A stretch of DNA of 64,000 nt from positions 64,001 to 128,000 of IMG/VR virus record IMGVR_UViG_3300021963_000027. One strand, 5' to 3'. Positions 57,435-64,000 of this stretch are shown here, one piece after another (the first letter of the stretch is position 1; the number at the start of each line of letters is the position of its first letter). The notes beneath the pieces are model-generated. The model did no database searches. It was not told the origin of the DNA and was given only the letters and a program-made list of their open reading frames with translations. The DNA is from a virus. Both the position numbers and the translations under genes were made by a program.

Positions 57435-58622
57435 ATGTTTAATAATCAACCATTCGCATCTCCTTTCCCAACGACTCCTTTTCAAACACCAAATAAAAAT
57501 AAAGAAGAACCCAAAAAAGGTAATGTTTATTTAAATTTTGTAGCGGATCGTCAGGGATGTGGACAATGGCGAGTAGGTTGGCCTGAACATCACATCAATA
57601 TGAATAATCTTGGTGAGTCTACATCACTCACTAAGATGATTTTCGATAAAAATTGGTTTCGAGATATTAAAACTGTCAAATTGCAAAGACAAGCATCTAC
57701 CCCTCAAAAACAATATTTTGAATTTCTCAAGAGCATTCAAGCAGAAATGGGATTCAAGATTATCTATGAAGTGGATGATGTTGTATTTCGTGAAGAGATT
57801 CCTGATTATAATTCAGGAAAACCATCGTTCGATAATGACGAAATCCGTCAAAATTGCGTTGACATGATGCGAATGGCAGATGAAGTCACAGTCACATGCA
57901 AGTTCATGCGTGATCTGTTTATCGAGAAAACAGGTCAAGGAAAAATCTCTGTGATTCCAAATTTTCCACCTGAATGGTGGATTGGACATTATTACGATTC
58001 TTATAAAATTGCTAAAAATTATGATAAAAATCGTAAAAAACCAAGAATCTTGTATTCTGGTTCAGGAGCGCACTTCGATGTGAAGAATGGTGGACAAGAT
58101 GATTTTTCTCATGTGTTGAAATTTATTATCGATAATAGATATAAATATCAATTCATTTTCATCGGCGCATTCCCTCCACAATTGCATCCATACATTCAAA
58201 ATGGAGAAATTGAATTCCATCATTGGCAGACATTGACGAATTATCCGAAATTTATTTCCGAATTAAACGTGCAGTTGACTCTTGCACCTTTGATGGATAA
58301 TAATTTCAATAAATCGAAGTCAGATATCAAATATATTGAAGGTGCTGTTTTGGGTATCCCTTGCATGTGTCAGGATTTAGTGACTTATGCAGATGTTCCT
58401 GATTTTCTGAAATTTAAAAATTCAGAGGACTTAGCTCTAAAAGTAGAGCAATTACTGAATTATAAAAATCGTGATCGTTATCACAATTTATCCAAAGAAT
58501 TGAGAAAACTTGGTGAAACGAGATTCCTCGAAAGACCTGAAAATATTGGAGCGTTTCTAGAATCAATGAATACACCATTTGGTGATCCATCTCGAAGATT
58601 TATGAAATACTGGAATGATTGA
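57435..58622 (+). CDS. GT-B fold glycosyltransferase (GT4-like)
   Basis: GCGQWRV, IIYEVDD, ADEVTVT, LAPL.DN.FN.SKSDIKYIEG. Confidence 0.8.
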   Translation: MFNNQPFASPFPTTPFQTPNKNKEEPKKGNVYLNFVADRQGCGQWRVGWPEHHINMNNLGESTSLTKMIFDKNWFRDIKTVKLQRQASTPQKQYFEFLKSIQAEMGFKIIYEVDDVVFREEIPDYNSGKPSFDNDEIRQNCVDMMRMADEVTVTCKFMRDLFIEKTGQGKISVIPNFPPEWWIGHYYDSYKIAKNYDKNRKKPRILYSGSGAHFDVKNGGQDDFSHVLKFIIDNRYKYQFIFIGAFPPQLHPYIQNGEIEFHHWQTLTNYPKFISELNVQLTLAPLMDNNFNKSKSDIKYIEGAVLGIPCMCQDLVTYADVPDFLKFKNSEDLALKVEQLLNYKNRDRYHNLSKELRKLGETRFLERPENIGAFLESMNTPFGDPSRRFMKYWND

Positions 58623-58623
58623 T

Positions 58624-60039
58624 TTATCGGCTTATTTCCTCCCAGTCCATAGAAGCATATAACCCCGTAGTTCCGCTAGAACTATTAACACCAGCAACCA
58701 ATGTTAGCTCATAAGGAGTATTGGTAAATGAATTTCTCTCTAATTGAAATTTAAATAATGCTTCTTTTAGAATATCTACACCTGAAGAGCTTTGATTGTT
58801 AGAAGATATATACCCGCTAGCTAATACTCTACCACCAGCAAAACTTGTACCACTGATGTTGTATTCTACGGAACTATTTATTCCTGCACTTAACCAAGAT
58901 CCTCCTGTTGTTGTTCCACTGGCTACAACTCTCCAATTATAGACTTTATTATCTCCTGCACCTAAAATAGATAATGCAGTTAAAATAACAATAGCATCTA
59001 ATCTATCTGGAGAAGATCTTAGTTTAATAGAAACAATTGGATAATATGTATTTGCAGCCGCAAAGGTTCTTGGGGTATCAATTGGGATAGATGCTGCTTG
59101 TTGTAAGCCTCTTAACTCGTAACCACCTTCAGATATAGCAGTGCTACAAACTTGTTTTAATTTACTCGGTCCTGAAGTTGCAGCTTTATTTTCAATTTCA
59201 TATCTAAGCGGTAGTGATGCTGTTGTAATGTATGTTGAGTCAATTAAGTTAGCATGGTGAAAGTAATGGCAAGCTACAAACTGACCATTGATAACAAATC
59301 CTGTTCTCACAGTACCTAGACCGAGCCATTCAATGTCAGCCCATAGAATCTGCGCTTTTGTGATGTCTAGAGTAATTCCAGATTTTCCTGATCCGTCTAA
59401 GCGATCTACATTCCATTGTGATTGAGGGATACGGTTGGATGAAAGCGATCCAGAAGTAATGCTACGTTCAACCATGTAAAGAGTGCTATCGTCTAACTCT
59501 AAGTAGATACCATTATCAACACCAAAATAACCAACACGTTGTCTAAGATTTGTCTTGGCTTGGTTGAAGGTGAATGTATTTAACAGCTGTAAGCTCTTAC
59601 CAGGTTGATATGCAAATACTTTAGTAGTTTCGCGGTACACTTTAGAGCCGCTTAGAGCGTCAACTTTCAATTCTACAAGACCTTGATTTTGAACGAATTC
59701 CGCAGAAGCAGAGGTTGTTGTAGTTCCACCTGTTAATGTTGCCCAAAGGTTGTTATCCGCATATCTATGAGACGAGTCAAAAAGAGTCAAAGGACTTGAT
59801 GTTCTCGTTCTTCCGAATGCGTCACTTGCCATGTTGAAATTGCCACTAAAGTTGCTTGTCGTGTCATCAATATTTTTTACCAAAACAGCATATTTTGGAT
59901 ATTCGACTATTTGGGGAGAACCGAAAGATGGATCTGCCATTGCCGATGTTGCTGGAAATCTGACATCATTTACAATCTCAACAAATTTACCGCTTTCGGT
60001 ATTTGCAGCGTTTGTCCATACTTTAGTATTAATTGGCAT
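58624..60039 (-). CDS. Probable virion structural protein (DAFGR family)
   Basis: DAFGR.R.S.P.TLFD, YQPGKS, RVGYF, DIEWLG.G.VR.GF; late promoter 5 nt upstream. Confidence 0.6.
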   Translation of the reverse strand: MPINTKVWTNAANTESGKFVEIVNDVRFPATSAMADPSFGSPQIVEYPKYAVLVKNIDDTTSNFSGNFNMASDAFGRTRTSSPLTLFDSSHRYADNNLWATLTGGTTTTSASAEFVQNQGLVELKVDALSGSKVYRETTKVFAYQPGKSLQLLNTFTFNQAKTNLRQRVGYFGVDNGIYLELDDSTLYMVERSITSGSLSSNRIPQSQWNVDRLDGSGKSGITLDITKAQILWADIEWLGLGTVRTGFVINGQFVACHYFHHANLIDSTYITTASLPLRYEIENKAATSGPSKLKQVCSTAISEGGYELRGLQQAASIPIDTPRTFAAANTYYPIVSIKLRSSPDRLDAIVILTALSILGAGDNKVYNWRVVASGTTTGGSWLSAGINSSVEYNISGTSFAGGRVLASGYISSNNQSSSGVDILKEALFKFQLERNSFTNTPYELTLVAGVNSSSGTTGLYASMDWEEISR

Positions 60040-60075
60040 ATTTTTATTTAATCATTTGATGAGGTTAATATCGTA

Positions 60076-60103
60076 TTGACTTTTGCATTTCGTGGTTTAT
60101 CAT
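60076..60103 (+). promoter_or_regulatory. sigma70-type promoter of the DNA polymerase
   Basis: TTGACT-N16-TATCAT; ATG 60110 lies 6 nt downstream. Confidence 0.7.
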
Positions 60104-60109
60104 TTTTTT

Positions 60110-60502
60110 ATGTATAGGAATTGTATTTACAACAACCGTGAGCGTAAGATTTTCTTATGGACATGGGATGAAAACGGAGAGCGTGTAAAAGAAGAACACG
60201 ACTTCAAACCATATATTCTTTTAGAGGATAAAGGTGGTAAAGAGAAATCCATCTATGGGACTCCTCTCAAAAAGAAAGAATTTGCTTCTTCGTATGACAG
60301 AAATAATTTCGTAAAAGATAGTAATATCAAGCGAATCTACGAAAACCTTCCCCCATATCAACAATTTTTGATTGATAATTATTGGTCAGTTTGTGAGGAT
60401 GACAATTTCTCCCAATATCCTTTGAAGGTTGCTTATCTAGACATCGAGTGTCCATGTTCTAATTATACAAGTGATCATGAAGTTAAAATACGTAAAAAAT
60501 AG
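60110..60502 (+). CDS. gp43: Family B DNA polymerase, N-terminal fragment (to ExoI DIE)
   Basis: MYRNC.Y..FKPYI..GTPLKK..LPPYQQFLID.Y..LKVAYLDIECP, then stop. Confidence 0.85.
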   Translation: MYRNCIYNNRERKIFLWTWDENGERVKEEHDFKPYILLEDKGGKEKSIYGTPLKKKEFASSYDRNNFVKDSNIKRIYENLPPYQQFLIDNYWSVCEDDNFSQYPLKVAYLDIECPCSNYTSDHEVKIRKK

Positions 60503-60533
60503 AATTTAGATATCGAATGTCCTAAATAGTAAT

Positions 60534-61406
60534 ATGGACTATCAATATCAATACGATAATTTAATCAAAACATATAAAAATCGCGAATCAGAAGTAATTA
60601 AAGATTATTATGAGACACATCATATAACTCCTATCTGTAAGGGTGGGAATAATGATATTACTAATTTAGTGAAATTATCTGCTAAAGCACATTATGTCGC
60701 ACACCATTTATTATGTATGATATATCCCAACGACTACCAGTTAGCATGTGCGTTCAACGGTATGTGCGCTAAAAATACAAAAAATAGTAAAAGGGAATAT
60801 TCTGCAAGAATGTACCAAACAGCGAGAAAACATTTTTCTAAAAATCACCCGTGTAAACGACCTGAAATTAAACAGAAATCTGCTGAAACTCGTAACAAAA
60901 ACTATGAGATAAATAAGAAAAAAAGATCAGAAAAGACGATTATTAGCTTAATCAATAAATATAATGAATCGGGTATTAATCATGATGGGGGATATTTGAG
61001 GTGTGAAAATTGTAATAATAAAATACCTCATGATCATAAAAGATTTTGTGGTAAGCTGTGTCACGATATTTTTCAAACTAAAAACTTTCATAGAAGTGAT
61101 ATCCAACACCAAAAGATGGTTGAAAACATTAATAAATATTTCACCAATCTACCAGAAGATAAATTGAAAAAACATCTTGAAAATTCTATTCACTCTGATA
61201 AAGTTGATCATGTTAAACGAGGTTTAGAAATTTCAAAAGCTAAAAAAGGTAAATCGACAAATCAAAATGAAATTATGGGTAAGAGATTTGCCGTAATGAG
61301 TGATTCAGAATTCGACAAACATTTAGAAACATTATCACCTTGGGTACATACTAGATTTAAAAAATTGAGAGAAAAATGGAAAAACATATTACAGTCGGAG
61401 AGTTGA
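60534..61406 (+). mobile_element. HNH homing endonuclease splitting gp43
   Basis: ETHHITPICKGGNND..NLVKLSAKAHYVAHHLL; CxxC..CxxxC finger; TAAATA 5 nt upstream. Confidence 0.88.
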
Positions 61407-63664
61407 GGTCATATATTGGCGAATATGAGGTTTGGGATGAAGAACGTGGTAGATGGGTTGATATCACTGATTCGTGTTACTTGAAAAAAGGTGGTTTTCC
61501 AGAACCAGAAACAGCAGAAGCAGTGATAAATCTGATCACTGTGTTCGATTCATTTTCTAAAATGTATCATGTCTTCGGTCTGAAGAATTACCACACAACC
61601 AGAGATGATGTTCGATATTATTTTTGTAAATCAGAAGAAGATTTGCTCAAATCATTTATCAAGTATTTCAGAAAAGAGGGATTTGATGTGATTAGTGGAT
61701 GGAACATAGCAGGATTCGATATCCCATACTTGATCAACAGAATCACATTTGAATTGGGAGAAGAATGGGCGAAGAAATTGTCACCAATTGAAAGGATTTA
61801 CGAAAAGACAAATCCAAATGGTAAATTTGGAATGCCTACCAAGGAGTATGTGATCGAAGGAATTTCTATTTTGGATTATTATGTGATGTATATGAAATTC
61901 AGCTTAGAGAAGCAAGAATCATACAAGTTGGATAATATCGGAGAAGTTGAATTAGGTATCAATAAAATTCAGCATGAAGGTAATCTATGGGAATTGGCTA
62001 AAAAAGATTGGTATACCTACACTGATTACAACATTCGCGATGTGGAAATTTGTGTTAAATTAGACGAGAAAAAGGGATACATCAATCTTCTTCGATTCCT
62101 CGCATACACGGGACTATGTGATTTGGAAAATGCTATCAAAACAGTCCCACCAATGAACGGTGCTATCGCTATTCGTGCGCGTATGCGCGGAGAGTATATC
62201 CCCACGTTTATTCGTCCTGTGACCGATTTCAAAGCACCTGGAGGTTATGTGGCAGAACCAAGAGTAGGGTTCGCTGAGAATATCGTGTCATTTGATGCCA
62301 ACTCTCTGTATCCATCAGTCATGATTTCGCTCAATCTCTCTCCTGAGACTAAAATCGGTAGAGTTGAAAAGGATGGTGATAAAGTGAAAATTCACCATGT
62401 GTCAGGAAGGCTTTTTGATATGACTAAAGAAAACTTTAAGAAGTTCATGGATGAAGAAAAGGCAGCTTTGACTAAAGCTGGATTTCTATTTTCTCAGAAG
62501 AAACGTGGTCTTGTTCCTGAGTTCTTGGATAACTTGTATTCCAAACGTAAGGAGATGAAGAACAAGATGTTGGAGTCTCGTAAGAAAGGAGATAAAGAAG
62601 GGGAACAGAAATTTGATAGTATTCAATACGCTTATAAAATCCACCTTAACTCTCTCTATGGTTACATGCTCAACAAATATGCTCCCCTTGGTGATGAGGA
62701 TATTGGAACATCTGTGACATTGACAGGTCAAGCAGTTATTAAGAAAAGTAATGATTTGTTCATGGAATACCTATCACAGTATTTCGATAATAAAGAAGAA
62801 ATCGAGAAATCTCTGATATACAATGATACTGATAGCTTCTACACTTCTTTGAAGATATTCGAAAAGATTGGATATGTCTTAAAAGATGGGGATAAAGTTT
62901 CTGATAAATTTTATGGTTTGTGTCAAGATGTTGAAGACTTCGTAAATGACGGAATCACAAAGTGGGCTAAACAGAATTTGAAAAGTATTGACCCAAGATT
63001 CGTGTTTAAGAGAGAAAGCATCTGCGATAGTGGTATTTTCATTGGTAAAAAATATTACGCTCTTCATAAATTGGATGAGGAGGGTGTCGTGATGAATAAA
63101 TTCAAATATATCGGAGTCGATGTAGTGAAAACCACGATGCCTAAGAAAGTGAAACCATATGTCAAGAAAGTCATTGAACACATGATCATGACTCAATCCT
63201 TAAAAGAAACCAACGATTTATTCAACGAAGCATATGAAGAATTTAAGAAATTACCCATCACAGATATTGCCAAGATTTCTGGTATGAATAATTACTCGGA
63301 ATATTCAGCAAGATGTAATGGTATGAATACTGTAAAGGGGATGCCGAGTCACTTGAAAGCTGCTTATTATCACGATTTGATCGTTGAACAGAATGGATGG
63401 ACATCCAAATATGATAAATTCAAATCAGGGGATAAAGTGAAAATGGTATATATCAAGAAACCAAACAAATATAATTTGGAGATGATTGGATTCAAAGGAG
63501 AATGGCAGACTGAATTTGATGATATCTTCACAGTTGATTATGAGAAAATGTTTGGTAAGGTATTCTACGCTGCAATTGAGAGATTCTACGAAGCAGTCGG
63601 ATGGAAACTTAGAAAACCATCAGAGAATCTCACGGTGGAATTGGAAGATTTGTTTGGAGAGTAA
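61376..63664 (+). CDS. gp43: Family B DNA polymerase, main fragment
   Basis: GGFPEP, GWNIAGFDIPY, YKLDNIG, SFDANSLYPS, KIHLNSLYG, YNDTDS, KKYY. Confidence 0.95.
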   Translation: MEKHITVGELRSYIGEYEVWDEERGRWVDITDSCYLKKGGFPEPETAEAVINLITVFDSFSKMYHVFGLKNYHTTRDDVRYYFCKSEEDLLKSFIKYFRKEGFDVISGWNIAGFDIPYLINRITFELGEEWAKKLSPIERIYEKTNPNGKFGMPTKEYVIEGISILDYYVMYMKFSLEKQESYKLDNIGEVELGINKIQHEGNLWELAKKDWYTYTDYNIRDVEICVKLDEKKGYINLLRFLAYTGLCDLENAIKTVPPMNGAIAIRARMRGEYIPTFIRPVTDFKAPGGYVAEPRVGFAENIVSFDANSLYPSVMISLNLSPETKIGRVEKDGDKVKIHHVSGRLFDMTKENFKKFMDEEKAALTKAGFLFSQKKRGLVPEFLDNLYSKRKEMKNKMLESRKKGDKEGEQKFDSIQYAYKIHLNSLYGYMLNKYAPLGDEDIGTSVTLTGQAVIKKSNDLFMEYLSQYFDNKEEIEKSLIYNDTDSFYTSLKIFEKIGYVLKDGDKVSDKFYGLCQDVEDFVNDGITKWAKQNLKSIDPRFVFKRESICDSGIFIGKKYYALHKLDEEGVVMNKFKYIGVDVVKTTMPKKVKPYVKKVIEHMIMTQSLKETNDLFNEAYEEFKKLPITDIAKISGMNNYSEYSARCNGMNTVKGMPSHLKAAYYHDLIVEQNGWTSKYDKFKSGDKVKMVYIKKPNKYNLEMIGFKGEWQTEFDDIFTVDYEKMFGKVFYAAIERFYEAVGWKLRKPSENLTVELEDLFGE

Positions 63665-63682
63665 TATCTATTAAGTAATAAT

Positions 63683-64000
63683 ATGCAATTTACAATTTTA
63701 TTCGAAAAACTTTTAAACGAACTTGTTGATACTCTTTTTCCCACCTTTGTCACTAAAAGAGCAGAGGGAGCAAAGAAAATAGAAGAATCTGCGAGAAAAA
63801 AAGGTTCTTTCGCCATCTTAACAGCTTACCACTTCGCTGGTAAGGTGAAACCATATGCTGATGCTTTGCGAAAAGCTAAGAAAGATGACAAAGAATCCCA
63901 TTTCAAAGCGAAATATAAAGAAGCCTATGCCAAACTCAAAGATCTGGATTCTCTTTCGCAAAAAGAATTTCAAATGATCACGGGAACTCTTGAAGCATAC
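63683..64000 (+). CDS. Hypothetical late protein (5' part, runs off the window)
   Basis: TAAGTA 5 nt before ATG; MQFTILFEKLLNE, open to the window end. Confidence 0.6.
   Translation, partial: MQFTILFEKLLNELVDTLFPTFVTKRAEGAKKIEESARKKGSFAILTAYHFAGKVKPYADALRKAKKDDKESHFKAKYKEAYAKLKDLDSLSQKEFQMITGTLEAY

Noticed and set aside
60503-61375. Group I intron or canonical split intein in gp43
   Set aside because: There is no non-coding room for P1-P9 elements (the HNH ORF overlaps the downstream fragment) and no C-terminal His-Asn followed by Cys/Ser/Thr splice junction
1-64000. Stop-codon reassignment as the cause of the split genes
   Set aside because: Conserved genes are uninterrupted under code 11, and the gp46, gp43 and gp5 pieces are in different frames or separated by inserts, so read-through would not join them
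1-64000. tRNA, rRNA, tmRNA or CRISPR loci
   Set aside because: Intergenic gaps are short, and none shows a cloverleaf, rRNA signature or repeat-spacer array by eye; tRNAscan-SE or Infernal would confirm

Overview
The window is a 64-kb, AT-rich, densely coding piece of a large T4-like (myovirus) phage genome; the host cannot be identified from the sequence. It contains head, neck and baseplate genes (gp23, gp22, gp67-like, gp21, gp4, gp20, gp13, gp15, and gp5 in two ORFs). Replication and recombination genes are gp43 (split), gp46 (split), gp47, gp55, UvsW, UvsY, gp62 and a DinG-type helicase. Nucleotide and NAD genes are nrdA/nrdB, thyX and a Prs-like + HAD + Nampt-like block. There is also a 7-8 gene glycosyltransferase island, two orphan N4/N6 DNA methyltransferases, PhoH, ClpP, GroES, an M15 endolysin and three free-standing homing endonucleases. 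No tRNA, rRNA or CRISPR array was seen. Most notable: (1) An ArfA-like KGKGSYxRKxK ribosome-rescue motif is fused to a prohead-core-like domain between gp21 and gp22. (2) About 15 late genes have N-termini resembling the T4 capsid-targeting sequence, including a CCA-adding/HD enzyme, a GNAT, an ART-fold protein and a retropepsin-like protease, suggesting an injected enzyme arsenal. (3) DNA polymerase is split by an HNH gene inside exonuclease motif I, with new junction extensions and a duplicated LDIECP, and gp46 is split just before its zinc hook. (4) The gp46 3' end occurs in three copies around a homing endonuclease + ART cassette. (5) A NARP1-like NAD+ pathway carries extra HAD and kinase genes. 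(6) A membrane-anchored, holin-like PAS protein is present. (7) Promoters sit 5-7 nt from start codons across the window, implying leaderless mRNAs. All functional calls come from motif recognition by eye; no database searches were run.
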